DNA from: Chiloscyllium plagiosum
Taxonomy: Eukaryota
Assembly (NCBI RefSeq): GCF_004010195.1
Contig: NC_057718.1
Location: 40,130,101-40,194,100 of the forward strand
DNA length: 64,000 bases
Direction: 5' to 3'
Below, piece by piece: positions 1 to 13,531 of this stretch. The notes under the pieces were generated by a model. It saw only the letters and a program-made list of their open reading frames with translations. It had not been told where the DNA came from and did no database searches. The position numbers and the translations under genes were made by a program. Within the stretch, counting starts at the first letter, position 1. Each line of letters starts with the position of its first letter.

Positions 1-429
1 AAACAAAGCTTGTCTTCATATGTACTTTTTAACCCAAGCTGTATCAAAGTCCGTCAGTCATTTTCAGCTCATTATTAAACATTTGATTTCAAAAAAAAGT
101 AAAAATCATGAAAAAATGGCAAGGGTTCTAACAAGTATATAGAAAGCTTTATTTAAAAAATTGATAACTTTTAAATCTAATTTTGATGCTGAAGTCTTTG
201 ATTCAGCTTAAATAAATGTATAACTTAACCCAATGGATTTCTGCCTTTATTTAATATTGAAGTCACATGTGCTGTTGGATAAAACTGTACTAGGTTCCTG
301 TGAGGGTTGAATGTTCTGCCAAGACTTGCAGATAAATTCGGAAGTGGAGTTTGCAAACTGTGGCCTTAATCTTGCACCTTGTGAAGCTCTGTATTCAGCC
401 AACTGAGTGAGTGTTAAAAAAAAATCAAA

Positions 430-1575
430 ACCAGACAGTCAACATGGCTTTAAGGGGAGATCATGTCTGACAAGCTTTGTTCGGTTTTTTGATGAGGTGA
501 TATAGGCAGTGGATGATGGTAGTGCTGTGGATGTTGTATATTTGGACCTATAGTGCATATGACAGGTTGGTTAGTAAATTAAAAATATTTGAGATTGAGT
601 CCTTTGCAACATGGATTAGAAGTTGGCTAATAGAAGACAGGGGTTTTTTGTAGATGGGCATTTCTCAGACTGGAGAAAAGTTGAAACTAGGGATCGTTGT
701 TGGAGCCCTTGGCTCTTATAATTTATAAAAGAACAATTTGGGAGCAAAGTCTCTGAATATGTAGATGATAACCAAGCTTGGGAGAATAGTGAATTGTGAG
801 GATGACTCTGGGTGACTTCAGAGAGAAATTGACAAGTTGGCCAAATGGGCAGATACCTGGCAGATGAATTTCAATGCAAAGAAATGTAAGGTAATGCATT
901 TTGGTAGAAGAAACTTGGAGACAATATAGGCCCAGTGGTGCAACTTTTGAGGGGAGTACAGAAGCAGAGGGACTTTGGGGTTCATGTGCATAGTTCTCAG
1001 AATGTGGCTAGGCAAGATGAAAGTTATTAAGAAGGCTTATATGATCCTTGGGTTTATAAATAAGGCATAGAGTATAAAAGTGCAGAAGTGATGCTACACT
1101 TCTACAAACCTTATTTAAGGAAGATTGTTAAAAGCCCTCGTGAAAGTGCAAAGGAGATTTAGTAAAATGATATCAAGAGCGAGGGATTTTAGACACATGG
1201 AAAGATTAGAGCAATTGGACCTATTCTGCTTACAGCAGAAGTGTTGACCTTGTTGAAGTGTTCAAAATATAGCGATTTTGACAGGGTGAAGAAGGTTATT
1301 CAGTTTCTCCTAGTTGCTATGTTAGTAAATAGGGATCACAATTTCAAGACAATCAGCAAAAGAGCTCTGATTGAGATGAGAAGCATCTTGACTGAGAGTT
1401 ATTAGGATTTGGAATGTTCTGCCAATTCTAAAAGCAGTTTTAAAAAGGGGCTGGACATATGCTTGAAAGTGATGAATTCAGAGTGCAGTGCACATAGAGC
1501 TGGATAATGGGACTACCTGGGTAGCTCTTTGGAGACATGATGGGTTGAATGGCCTCCTGTACTGTAAAATCCTGT
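430..1575 (+). mobile_element. Degenerate 5'-truncated CR1-type LINE (RT 3' half and 3' tail)
   Basis: Eroded QHGF/GRSCLT, YVDD-like and WQMNFNAKKCKVMHFG motifs; tail gggttgaatggcctcctgtactgt. Confidence 0.85.
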
Positions 1576-1746
1576 TACCATAAGCTTGGAATCTGATCAT
1601 CTGGCCACTCATTCAGCATGGACTTGTGTTTGGGACATTGGGATTGTATGAGGCGAAACATGCCATGAAAATTCTTAAAACAAATGGAAATGCTGATTGA
1701 TTTTTAAGTGTCTGATTATAAAGTTTGATTTTTCTTTTCTGGACAG

Positions 1747-1821
1747 GATGTTGGCATGAGTGATACCTCCATCACTTCTTTCCTTGGTTCTTGTTCATTG
1801 CTCCTTCAAACCTTAATGGAG
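1747..1821 (+). CDS. RAB3GAP2: RAB3GAP2 coding exon (6th from last, ~exon 30)
   Basis: cag|GAT...GAG|gtaaag, 75 nt, DVGMSDTSITSFLGSCSLLLQTLME; matches recalled vertebrate RAB3GAP2 C-terminal region. Confidence 0.93.
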
Positions 1822-3544
1822 GTAAAGAAATAGCATTACATTTTAAGAGTTAACATGTTTGGATTAATTTTTACAGATTGTAGAATGTTGTTTCCACCTT
1901 TTGGGATTTGTATTTCAATCTATATAGCCAATGGGATTGAAATTCCTTCAATTTAGAAGCTGTTGAGATTTTTTTGTATTTGGTCTTGAACAGCCCACCA
2001 AATTATTAGTGTGTTTGAGACCAGATAATGGGACATTATTAACCTGAGTATCCCGAACTTGAACAGGCTGCTACTGGCAACAATAGGAATTTTAACTGGA
2101 ATTAAGTAATTGCATGAGTGGGATTTTTAAACTCATTGCTATCTCTTCTGAAACCAGGAGTGTTTAATACAGAAGTTGAATGCTAGAGGAAAGGAATAGT
2201 TCCCAGGCATAGACGTCTGGTCTCCACAGCAATGGTCATAAACATATATATATTGTGAAACATTAGAAATGGATTTTCTAGGATCATGAGATTGGCTTTA
2301 GCATGTGAAAAATGTAAATATTCCAGTCTTGTCTGGCATCTTCATATTATTAAAGATGTGCTTTGACAACCTTGGCAATAGAGTGTGCTAAGTTGTTTTG
2401 AAATTAGTCCTAAATTTATATTGTGTACTGTGTAGGTGGAGACGGAAATGAGTGTTTAGTTGGGTTTGCAGTGACATTGGAATTCTGCCCCACGATGTTG
2501 GAGGTATTAGAATATTTTTAAGGTGGAGGCTGGTAGATACATAAAACCATAGAAAATAGGAGCAGAAACAGACTGTTCAGCCCTTTATGCCCACTCCACT
2601 ATTCAACATCATTGTGGCTGTTCTGGAGGCCTCAGTGAGAGAAAACATACCCCTGTGTCAGAATGTTATATGTAACATTGAGAACTACTTTTATTCTTCT
2701 AAACTCCAGTGAATACAGGCTCAGTTGACCCAATCTCTCCCCATATAACAAACCTGCTATCCCAGAAATCAAACTGGTGAAGTTTCACTGCACTCCTCCT
2801 ATGGCAAGTATATCTTTTCTTGTGGAAGATTTGGTTCTCGTTGATTCCCTTACCTAACCGTTACTTGGGATTGGTGGTACTGTGGAACACATAAGATCAG
2901 CTGTGATCTTATTGAATGGTGGAGCAGGCTTTAAGAACTGAATGGTTAACTTCTCCTAACTCTCATGTTCCTATGTATCATATGCTCCAAATAAATCTTC
3001 ATGAGCAAGGTTGACATTTTAAAACATATAAGCATTCTTATGCCATCTTGTGATAAACAATAATAATGATGCATTGTTTACAAAGGGTAAAAAATGTGTA
3101 AAATAGCATTTTGTCATATTGTTGTACAAGACCATGTGAAAACAAAAATTACTGCATTTACAAGTAGAGAATGTAACATGGTGATAATTTTAAGAACCTT
3201 AATTAAATTAATGAAACTGGATAAGTTGAAGAAATGCCTTTTATCAAAGGAATTTAGAATTTTTGTTTTTGGGCATGTTTGCAAACAGTTGTAGCAAAAG
3301 CATAGATGCCTTTCAAGGAAGCTAGTTAAACACCAGAGGAGAAAGGTAAAAAGGTTGAAAGATTTTGATACAGAGAATAGAGGGAGATTCAAAAGAGGCA
3401 TTAATACCAACATGGATCAGTTTGTTTTTGCTGGATATTGTGTAATTAATTGGAAATATGCTGGTTTAATTGTTTTGTTTATATATTGTTGCAAAGTTTT
3501 ATGTGATACTAATTTGCCCTTTTTAATATGATCTATGTTATTAG

Positions 3545-3763
3545 GCTGAAGTTAGCAGTGATGAAATGAAGGAACCATCTCTAGACATAGAAGATACGTG
3601 GTCATCTGTGGAAGGCCCAACATCAATAGTGGATCTGGCTCTAGAACAAAGACATGTTCATTACCCATTGGTTCAGCACCACTATATTTTGGCTGTTATC
3701 ATGCATGGAATAATGCTGTTTGGAATGAAGTCTGTCAAAATATTTAGTCTCTTTGACAGTAAG
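3545..3763 (+). CDS. RAB3GAP2: RAB3GAP2 coding exon (~exon 31)
   Basis: tag|GCT...AAG|gtattg, 219 nt, [35 protein letters not shown]...FSLFDSK. Confidence 0.95.
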
Positions 3764-4122
3764 GTATTGTCCTATTTTTTGTCTAATGTTTTGCAGTCTA
3801 ATGTTTTAAAAGTTCTAAGTTCGTTGCTATACATGTGTTTAACTATTACTTGGTATTTGCTTTTCTTAAAATATACATCTGAACACTTATTAATTTGTCC
3901 ACATAGCACTCATTATACTTTATTTCCTTCCATGTTCCGTATGTGTATTATTACATATTACTGTTATCTAACCATTCAGTACTGTTTTGAAATGGAAGTG
4001 AAGTTGCTTCAAAGGATAAATTAATGAATGAATTTTAAGAATTTTTGCCATTCATAATTGAAAGTTAAAATTGTTGTCCTGGACAAGCAATGTCTCATTT
4101 TATGCTGCATCTTTACTTCCAG

Positions 4123-4212
4123 GGTAAAAATGCATTTTTCAAGGAGCTAACTTCAATTCAGCTGCTGCCAAGTGGAGATATGGATCCTAATATAGTGTCT
4201 CTCAGACAGCAG
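4123..4212 (+). CDS. RAB3GAP2: RAB3GAP2 coding exon (~exon 32)
   Basis: cag|GGT...CAG|gtaagc, 90 nt, [30 protein letters not shown]. Confidence 0.95.
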
Positions 4213-4686
4213 GTAAGCAAATCATTTACTAAATTGTGGCTCTAAGACTGTCATTTTGAATTATTTGCTTCATTAACTACACTAACAAAGCAAATGTTTT
4301 GTATGAAAATTTAAATTCTGTACTTCGTAACAAAGGTGCAGTTTTGAGTTTTCAGTGATTGCAAACTACATCAACCATAAGGTTTTAAAAACTTAGTTTC
4401 AATTTATAATTGCTTAGAAACTGATTAATTTCTAGCATGAATTCAACTTCAGTCGTATTATATGAAGTTGGTTGGAGTACCTAAGTCTACAGCACAAAAA
4501 CTATCATTAATGTGGTACTAATTTGGTCATGTTATGCTGATAGGTCACTGAACATGTAAAGTGTTCCAGAACTGAAGCCATTCACAAATATACATCAGGA
4601 AAAACAAAGGACCAATGTGTTTGTAGCATTTTGTCTTATTTCCTGATACTTTCTAGTGCAATAACTTATCGATTGTTGTCTTCCAG

Positions 4687-4902
4687 TTCCTCATGAAATT
4701 AGTCAGTGCTTCAGTGAAAGAACTAATCAAACCTCCAAAGACTGAATGTACTTCTAAACAGCAATCACATAGAGAACAAAATGAAGACTGGCCGTCAGTG
4801 GCAGTGGAGCTGTCTCAGAACCTCCAAGTGAATGAGGATGTTATCCGCCGACATTATGTATGTGAGCTGTATAATCATGGAATTGACCATATTGGTGAAG
4901 AG
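4687..4902 (+). CDS. RAB3GAP2: RAB3GAP2 coding exon (~exon 33)
   Basis: cag|TTC...GAG|gtaaca, 216 nt, FLMKLVSAS...DVIRRHYVCELYNHGIDHIGEE. Confidence 0.95.
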
Positions 4903-5039
4903 GTAACACACACATCTATACTTTGAGTCATTTATTTAAACTATATAATTAATTAATGGAGTTGCCAAGTCATTTCCTTGGTTGTATTTTTTCACTAAAC
5001 AGGAAGACTGGATGGATCATTTATTACAACTAATAAATT

Positions 5040-5530
5040 AGAAACTAATGATTTTATTTTGTGCCTTTCATATTCTAAAGACATCCCAAACTGTTTTGCA
5101 GCTAGTGAACTGTTTTTGAACTGTAGTCTGTTATTTAGGCAAATAATATCTTTTTACACAGCAAGGTCTACAAATACTAATGAGACAGTAGCCAAACTGA
5201 TGATCAACATTATTGAGAATTAAATCTATGGAATAATAGTGGATCTGATTCGGTGGCAGTTTTAATTACCTGCTTAAGGTCACCAACAGATCAGGTCCTT
5301 GTGTTTATATATTGCCCTTCAAATCCACCTATGTGTCATTAAATACTTTGACTATTGAATTACTTTTGAACTATAGTCACCATTATGGAAGCAAAGATGG
5401 CAGACGAATTATACGTAGGAAACTTACAAATAGAAAAAAGGGAGAGGATCTCTCTTTGGAAATGGTGTTTGAGGGATAAATGTAGATCAGAATCCTTTGA
5501 TTGACAGAAAGTATGGTGAAATCGTTAAAT
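5040..5530 (-). mobile_element. Degenerate SacSINE1-like (Deu-SINE) 3' fragments
   Basis: Reverse-complement similarity to the Deu-SINE tail (gcctttca...gacatcccaaa...ttttgaactgtagtc), seen twice. Confidence 0.5.
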
Positions 5531-6133
5531 TCTGTGCTATAAAACTTGCAACTCAACTCCTGCTCTTGCTAACAGGACCTTTTGTCATGTATGGATAATG
5601 TTGTATGATGTTGAAGGTTGGGTCCTACCCTCTATTCTGTACTCTTGACTCAGAATACTACTTTCAACACTGCCTATGATTCAAAAGTACTTCCAGCTCT
5701 AAAACCTGAGGTTGCAAATGCAAACTTGGTCTGCCTTTGCCTTTTTTCACACTCTGACCCAGTCTTCCAATTATTGTCACTGTTGAAGTGGCATCTCCTA
5801 CAATAGCCAGCACCCATTACATGTGATAGTGGGACCAAGGAATAGATGGCTAGCTTGTATGGGCTTTTATAGTTGATTGTATATGGAGAACTTGGAAATG
5901 TAGTTGCAAAGCCCTCTCTACAAAGAGCCTTTAAGTGTTAAACATTTCAAACTTACTTATAAAGCTGTACAATGGAAATAATTTAAGTTTGTTTGGTGTA
6001 TGCTATCTTTTTTAATGAATGCTATCCATGTAGTAGTGGAATAATTTGGGACATTTGTTGGACTAATATTGACAGTTAAACAGGATTTCAGTCTGGATCT
6101 TTATAATCTGATTTTTGTTTATCATCTGTCCAG

Positions 6134-6292
6134 GCCCTTCTGCAGGTACATGATCAAGAGGTTCTGGCATCACAACTCCTTGTACTGACAGGACAGAGAC
6201 TTGCATATACTTTACTTCATACTCAGACTAAGGAAGGCATGGAGCTGCTGGCCAGACTCCCACCAGTGTTGTGTACATGGCTTAAGGCTATG
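6134..6292 (+). CDS. RAB3GAP2: RAB3GAP2 coding exon (~exon 34)
   Basis: cag|GCC...ATG|gtgagt, 159 nt, [53 protein letters not shown]. Confidence 0.96.
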
Positions 6293-6769
6293 GTGAGTAT
6301 TGGATCTATTTTATCAATAAAGTTAATACTGATTTTTAAAACATTCAGCAATAAGATTACAGTTACTCTATGATTAGGGAACAAAAATGATTTGACTTTA
6401 AGAAAAACTTTGAAATCATTAACTTTCTCTAAACTTTCATTTGGCAGAACATAAAATCAATTATCTGGTTCTGTGTGTTACTTGGTTCTATGCGTGAAAC
6501 AAAGTAGCATTTAACATGTTGACTGTTTCTTTGAGGATAATTCCATAGTAAATACAGTAATGAGAAAAGCACCAGTACATCAAGTAGCTGTAGTCTTATT
6601 GCTGAATCCTTTTAAAAGAAAATCATCTTTTAAAGCTTAGTGTCTGTTTGCTTTAAGAAAATCTAATGGAAAACCATGAACTGGTTTGCATGGGATTTGG
6701 GAGCTTTGACATTTTCACTTTACGTATAGTGAAAAAGTTTATAACAATCACTTGTCACCCGTAGATCCA

Positions 6770-6895
6770 TTGGACTTCTGAATAATCCTTTCAGACTAAA
6801 CGTTAACTCTTAGTGACTCCACAGATGCTGCCAGACCTGTTCAGTTTCTTCAGGAGTTTGTTTAATTTTGAATATCTGCATCCGCAGTTTTTATA
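6770..6895 (+). mobile_element. Degenerate short Penelope-derived element (hammerhead family 2)
   Basis: ttctgaataa...aaacgttaactc...ccacagatgctgccagacctg...tctgcatccgcagt; same family as 22305, 29925, 55322 and 57052. Confidence 0.6.
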
Positions 6896-7764
6896 AGAAC
6901 TGAATGTTGACTTCACATTTTTCAGTGATTAAGTGTATGACTGAACTACTTGCCTGTGACAGATAAGGTACCATTAATGTGAATCAAGCGTACCAGATTT
7001 AACTCGTAACAGATTTGTACATAAATTGGTGAAAAGGGAGGTTTAAAGGCTGATTACTATTCAGCTGACTATTTGAGTTAACTCAGGAGATAAAAGGCAG
7101 GAAAACAATTATGCATTACTTTCCTAAATTTTTGTTTGCTCAAATAAGGAATGTCGACTTGTGGGAAGAATTAAGCCATGATTCACAGACCTAACTCGTC
7201 AGCTTGTCTGGTTGCATTTACATACCCTGGTGTTACTGCAAAATTGCCTGGCTCAGGTACCTTAGCAACTCTGCATAGGGATTATAATTGATGAAGCAGA
7301 TGCTATGTACGCTTCCTTTATGTTCAACAGTATTTTAGCTCTCAAACATGTACCATGACCTCAGAACCAGTGCAAAAATACCAAAAATACATACCTCCAA
7401 TGTGTTTCTTGTGCTGAATTTGCTGCTTTTTTGTGCTAAATGGAATGTCAGGAAGCAAAGCACAAACTAAAGCCATTCAGCCCATCAAGTCCATGTCAAC
7501 TGTACGGAGCAATCTAGTTAAGTGCTTCCCAACTCTTTCCCCCGTAACCCCAATATCAAGACTTGAAAATTGTTGTAATCCGTCAGTGTGAACTGAGAGT
7601 ACAGTGACCTGTTGACCAGCGTCCTAATCACCAGCCTAGTTAGATAGATTTATCTATCTTCAGAACGAATTGTTTTTTTGAGGTTTCAGCCTACATTTGA
7701 GTGTTAATTTCTGAGGTGATGGGAGGCGACAGATGGCAGGCCAGGGCAATGAGTAAGCAAGCAC

Positions 7765-8018
7765 TAAATCATGTTCAACATTAGGGTGAGGGGGGAAAAA
7801 TTTAAAAGGGACCAAAGAGGCAACTTTTTCATGCAGAGGGTAGTGCCTGTGTGGAACAAGTTGCCAGAGGAAGTGGTGGAGGCTGGTACAATTGCAACAT
7901 TTTAAAAGACATCTAGATGGGTATATGAATAGGAAGGGTTTAGAGGCAAATGGGACTAGATTAGTTTAGGATATCTGGTCAGCCCCATAGTCTGTTTCCA
8001 TGCTGTAATCTGACTCTA
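7765..8018 (+). mobile_element. CR1/HER1 LINE 3' end
   Basis: ggtgaggggggaaaaatttaaaagggac...tggaacaagttgccagaggaagtggtggaggc...ctgtttccatgctgta. Confidence 0.85.
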
Positions 8019-8290
8019 ACTAAAGCCAACCAAGAGCTGTAGCAACTTTATAATGTAGAGATGGCATAATCAATAGTTTACCTGATCAAATCACTCTTTG
8101 CTAACACTTTACACATCTTCTCATCCACTGAATAATCAGAATACTGTTTGTTTGATTATTGTCTGCTATCCGAGGTGTCACTATGAAAGTCTATTTTGAA
8201 GAGCTTAAATTTCATAGATTTGAGGTTCTCATTATGTAATCCTTGTTTTGTATTGTACATGATCAGATTTCTTGCTTTTACTATTTATAG

Positions 8291-8440
8291 GATCCTCATG
8301 ATCTTCAGAACACAGATGTGCCAATTATAGCAACAGCTAAACTGGTGAACAAACTGATAGAACTCTTACCTGAAAACCATGGGCAGTACAGCCTGGTGCT
8401 GCACCTGTTAGAAGCAGTTGAAGCCATATCCTCCTTGTGA
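8291..8440 (+). CDS. RAB3GAP2: RAB3GAP2 last coding exon (~exon 35) ending in TGA
   Basis: tag|GAT..., 150 nt, [49 protein letters not shown]. Confidence 0.96.
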   Translation, partial: DPHDLQNTDVPIIATAKLVNKLIELLPENHGQYSLVLHLLEAVEAISSL

Positions 8441-9149
8441 CAAGAATTGACCAATCTTTATTTAAATAGGTCTTCAGCTATGACCAGCTGTGAAAAGCTT
8501 GGATCGTTTTGATGTAAATGAGCCATTTATGTTTCAATTAATCATGTTCTTGAATACTTATTGTTATAGGTGGGTACTGAAAGTTCTGTTAGACTCTTCA
8601 ATTTCTGTTCTATTATGTGAGATATCCTAATGCCCAAATAGTTTGCATGGCCATATTTACATACAGCTGAAGCAAAGCTCACTCATATCATTTTATTGCT
8701 AGAAGATGGCATATTATGTTGCTGTAGCCATGCACATTAAATGTTAGCTCAAGCAAGTCTGTTCTCAAGGTATTATGTAGTGAACAAGGTTGCATTGTAT
8801 GGTCCATACATCTATAATTTCTAATCCCATTGTTGGAATGTCTGAAAAAATGGGAGGAATTTTGCAACTTGTTTTCCCAGCAGTAAACAATCCAAACATT
8901 CTACTAAGAATAGTGATAATGTCTATTTAAAAAAAGCCTTATATCGCAACTGTATTACACACAAAGGAAAATTTGAGTTTATTTTGTTAATATTAAGACA
9001 AAAGTTTTTATTCCCTCAATTTATTTTGGATTTGTATAAGTAACAAAATGAACAGTGATCAGACACCACTAATGTGTGTACAGATACATTTCCACACTTA
9101 TCAGTGGACAAAAACCAATTGTAATATTGTAAATTATTGATCATAACTA

Positions 9150-9155
9150 AATAAA
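9150..9155 (+). terminator. Candidate RAB3GAP2 polyadenylation signal
   Basis: AATAAA about 710 nt after the stop, followed by a GU/U-rich tract (gagttgctttttgt); further AATAAA at 9952 and 10234. Confidence 0.5.
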
Positions 9156-10863
9156 AACTTCAATCCCTGCTGAGTTGCTTTTTGTATAAATAATTGGAGT
9201 GCATTGCTTGAATATGACAGGTAAAATACTTAATGGGAACTGTATGTTGATTTATTTAAAACAAACTAAACATTACAGTGAAACTGAGAATTAACTGAAA
9301 TACAGAAAATTAAAGTGATAGAAAATTGTAGCACTGAAATGGAGCACCTGACTTTGCAGTTAGTTTGTAGAAGTGCATTTAACTAATGGTATCCAATTGA
9401 CCTATTGAAAAAAGCTTGTTAAAAGTAATTGGAATAATCTGATCAGATTGTGAGTATCAAGATTATCAGTAGTACCTAATATGCTGTTGCAGTAGTGTTC
9501 TGCTTTATATTATCCGAAAAGGGATGTTGGAGACTGGAGGAGTGTCCAGCAGACTGTTCTCGTGTTCTACGCTGTTGCAGAAACAGTTTCGTATGGCACT
9601 TGAACAAGGGTATGCACAATACCAGTGGACTGTAACAACCCCTTGTAGCTGAGGCTATCATGGAAGCTGGAATTGGCAACTCCCCCTACACCATGCTATT
9701 TAGTTTGACAGGATGCAGTTTTTTAAAATTTCTAGCGGGATTTGGAAATAATTGCCCTCACAATGTGGTAACTTTCAGGATGCATTGATTTATTAGCTGT
9801 TAGTTTTGAAAACCTAGGAACAGTAGTATTTATGAGATGTTGTAAAACCTCAAGGCCATGGTTTTGAAAGCACAGAAAAGAAGCACCCTTTCATTTTCTC
9901 CAGTAATCTGCACACTGCCGAAAATTGGAGTGGCCTAATTTCCAATTAAAAAATAAATCACTTCTAGTTCTATGAAAATAGAAGCTCCACCATGCCCGAG
10001 CACTAATATTTGGTAACATAAGGATATTTTAATTACTTGATGACTTAGCAGTCAAGTAGAAAATCGAATTTTAAATGCCCTTGGTTATTGTACCAAGGCT
10101 AAAACTGTCCATTTCTTTGTGATGGTTAAAAGAAGTGGCAACGGTTAAGATAGAGAGGATGGAAAGGATGCATTATGCTGCGTTTTAAATTGGGTAGATT
10201 TCCCCCAACAGCTGTTTCATAAAGGAACTAAATATAGATTTAGACCAAGTGAAATTAATAACTTTAACAGTTGAACCAGAGAGCAGTACCTGCAATAAAT
10301 TCAAACCTGATCCCCAAAACATCAGGTGACAAATCTATGGAACAGACTCTCTTGGGATTGCAGGTGTAGGTGATGGTTAAAATGAAGCATTTCAGGAGTC
10401 AGTAAATCAATGGGACTTCACACATAAGTAATGTATACTAGGGTGATATCTTTGAAAGTAGTGACCCCAAAGGATTTTCACATCTGTTGCTAATAGCATT
10501 AGCTGGGATTAGTCAAAAACTTATTATTGTCTTATGCCATTACCAGGGTCATGGAAGGCACACAAGTTTTTTTTTGTCTGACTTGTTATTTTATAAGAGT
10601 CTGTTTGGAAACTAACATCTGTATAATTTATTTGGAATGCATTCTGACTATTTACATACAATGGGTCCAAGAAGCACACTGCTTGCATATAGAACTGAAG
10701 TAGCCAAAAGCTGGCAGGGGTTAATCCAATCCATCAGACTCTTAACACATTAAATATTTAGCAAACAATATTTAATTTTCCTACTCTGCTATTGCCGTTT
10801 AAAGTTCACTTTGTACGTTCTTTGAAACATAAAAGCCTTTCTATATATTAAATCCAGTGAACC

Positions 10864-10869
10864 TTTATT
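10864..10869 (-). terminator. Candidate IARS2 polyadenylation signal
   Basis: AATAAA on the minus strand about 510 nt after the IARS2 stop, with a U-rich downstream element (ggcttttatgtttc). Confidence 0.55.
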
Positions 10870-11374
10870 ACACATAGTCCACAATTCCTTTTAAACCTGC
10901 ATTACAACAAGCAACATAACCATTCATTAGATCCCCAATAGATTTGTATTACCTGGAATCTTAGTGAACATTGTTTCTTAAACAATTTAGATTTGACATA
11001 ATTGTTTGCATTATAGCAAATTCTCCCAAATTGTATAAACTATTTAAAAAAGCAAATATCAAAACATACTCTTTCTAATACTAGAGTCAGGGAATTAATT
11101 ATTATTATTCCCTCTGTACAATGGTAATTGTAAAACTATAGTCAAAATTTAATTCCAGAAACACCTGATATGTCATATCCATCTGTGCAGAATCATCTTA
11201 CCCCCTGATCTCCAACTGGGGTTGGTAATTTTGACAAAGCCCTGCCAAAATTTAACACAAGATCTCAAAGGTGGGAATGTGATGATGAAATAGCTAGTTC
11301 CCCATGGTGGAATCTACTTTTATGTTGCATATTCATTCATACATCTCTATTATATTCAGGAATAACTTGACAAA

Positions 11375-11526
11375 TTAAACACTCCACTTCCCAGCAATAA
11401 CATCCAGGCAACGTGGGCAGGGTGTCAGCGCTGATGTCGATGTATATTTCTTACAGCGAGGACATCTTTCTTTGGTAGCCGAATTAACAATTACTTTGTA
11501 TGATGTTTCCTCAATGATATCGCCAC
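11375..11526 (-). CDS. IARS2: IARS2 last coding exon (~exon 23), C-terminal zinc finger, TAA stop
   Basis: tag|GT GGC GAT..., GGDIIEETSYKVIVNSATKERCPRCKKYTSTSALTPCPRCLDVIAGKWSV*. Confidence 0.96.
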
Positions 11527-12385
11527 CTAAACAAATAGGAATAATTACCATTATATATAGAAATTTGAATGCTTCATCAATCAAATCACTTAGTATTATT
11601 CAATACTGAATTCATCTTGCAGTTCTTTTCTTGCCATTGATTATTTCCCTATCATGACAATTTTATGTTCTCCTCTGTGCCCGCTACAGGCAATGGGGGC
11701 ATACAACCTCATGGTTTTGTGACTAATACAAATTTTAGTGGGACTAAATTTAATTACTGAATCAGATTGATGGAAGAATTGTGAAGCTTGTTTTGAAAAT
11801 TGCTTTTTCTTCCTTTAAAATTGAACAAAAATAATTAATACCCTTTACATGCTTAAGGTATTTTACTTTGATCATGACCCTAAACTATCATCAGCATACA
11901 ATCAAGACTATTACAATATCAATTCTTTTCACAGCAACATGATGCACAGTCACCCTTCCAAGGTGTTTTCAGTGATTTTTAATTATATTTTTAAAAGTTT
12001 ACTATTTGCTTAATATACTGTTTTGCACTAAGAATGAAACAAATATTTCAAAGTAGTTAATTAAATAAAGCAGCAGGTAATGACTGAATCAACCTTCTGT
12101 ATTATGGATTTGAAGTGTCTTGGTGTTGATATCAGTCTTAGTATTGAGCCACATGGTAATTAAATCAAACCCAATTATGAAACATGGACTTGCTTACAAA
12201 GCCAACTGTGCCTGTATTTCCAGAATAAGTGGCTTCAAAACTGATCCTAATAGCAGTTGCTCATTGAGCAAGAATGCATTTATTCTACTGTGAATGATCA
12301 ATTCCAGTTCTTCATCCAATTTATACTTCCAACAAGTTTCTTCAAGAATTCTAGGCTATTACATGAAAGTGTAAGACTGGTTTAC

Positions 12386-12530
12386 CTTCTAAATTGATTT
12401 CAAACTTCCCTTCAATCAAATCTGACTCTGCAGGCATGTTCCGAGGAATAGCAGTAAGCAATGTAGTGTGTGATGCCATCATCAGCTCATTCAGTTGTGA
12501 AGTACTGGATATTTCCTCACCCTGTAATTG
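12386..12530 (-). CDS. IARS2: IARS2 exon (~22)
   Basis: aag|CAA...GAA G|gtaaac, 145 nt, QLQGEEISSTSQLNELMMASHTTLLTAIPRNMPAESDLIEGKFEINLE; an alternative in-frame CAG acceptor lies 9 nt further in. Confidence 0.92.
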
Positions 12531-12693
12531 CTTGACAAAGCAAAAATGTAAACTTAGAATGTACAGTGTTATATTTTCAAAATAGGAGATAGCCTTCTGT
12601 ATACAAAATTACGTTCAAACCCTTGGCTTATATGTACAACAATGTAGCCTTGTGGATCACTCCAAACAAATTTAAAATATTGCAGTCGAGTTG

Positions 12694-13531
12694 ATTGAAT
12701 CTTCTTGACTTTTTTGATGATGTAACTCTGAAGATGGACAAGGGAGATCCAGTAGATGTAGTGTACCTGGACTTTCAGAAAGCTTTTGATAAAGTCCCAC
12801 ACAGGAGGTTAGTGAGTAAAATTAGGGCGCATGGTATTGGGGACAAAGTACTAGATTGGATTGAAAATTGGTTGGCTGATAGGAAGCAAAGGGTAGTGAT
12901 AAACGGCTCCATTTCGGAATGGCAGGCAGTGACCAGTGGGGTACCGCAGGGATCCGTGCTGGGACCGCAGCTTTTTACAATATATGTTAATGATATAGAA
13001 GATGGTATCAGCAATAACAGTAGCAAATTTGCTGATGATACAAAGCTGGGTGGCAGGGTGAAATGTGATGAGGATGTTAGGAGATTACAGGGTGACCTGG
13101 ACAAGTTAGGTGAGTGGGAAGATGCATGGCANNNNNNNNNNNNNNNNNNNNNNNNNNNNNNNNNNNNNNNNNNNNNNNNNNNNNNNNNNNNNNNNNNNNN
13201 NNNNNNNNNNNNNNNNNNNNNNNNNNNNNNNNNNNNNNNNNNNNNNNNNNNNNNNNNNNNNNNNNNNNNNNNNNNNNNNNNNNNNNNGACATATAAGATT
13301 ATGAAAGGACTGGACACTCTGGCAGCAGGAAACATGTTTCCGCTGATGGGTGAGTGCCGCACCAGAGGACACAGCTTAAAAATACGGGGTAGACCATTTA
13401 GGACAGAGATGAGGAGAAACTTCTTCACCCAGAGAGTGGTGGCTGTGTGGAATGCTCTGCCCCAGAGGGCAGTGGAGGCCCAGTCTCTGGATTCATTAAA
13501 GAAAGAGTTGGATAGAGCTCTCAAGGATAGT
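12694..13531 (+). mobile_element. Young CR1 LINE ORF2 (RT) fragment, split by an assembly gap
   Basis: Open frame with VDVVYLDFQKAFDKVPH, SGVPQGSVLGPQLF, KFADDTKLGG and RNFFTQRVVAVWNALP; N gap 13132-13287; no 3' tail visible. Confidence 0.95.

Noticed and set aside
3764..4024. Hydrophobic extension of the 152-aa ORF 3566-4024
   Set aside because: Read-through past a canonical donor at 3764 into AT-rich intron
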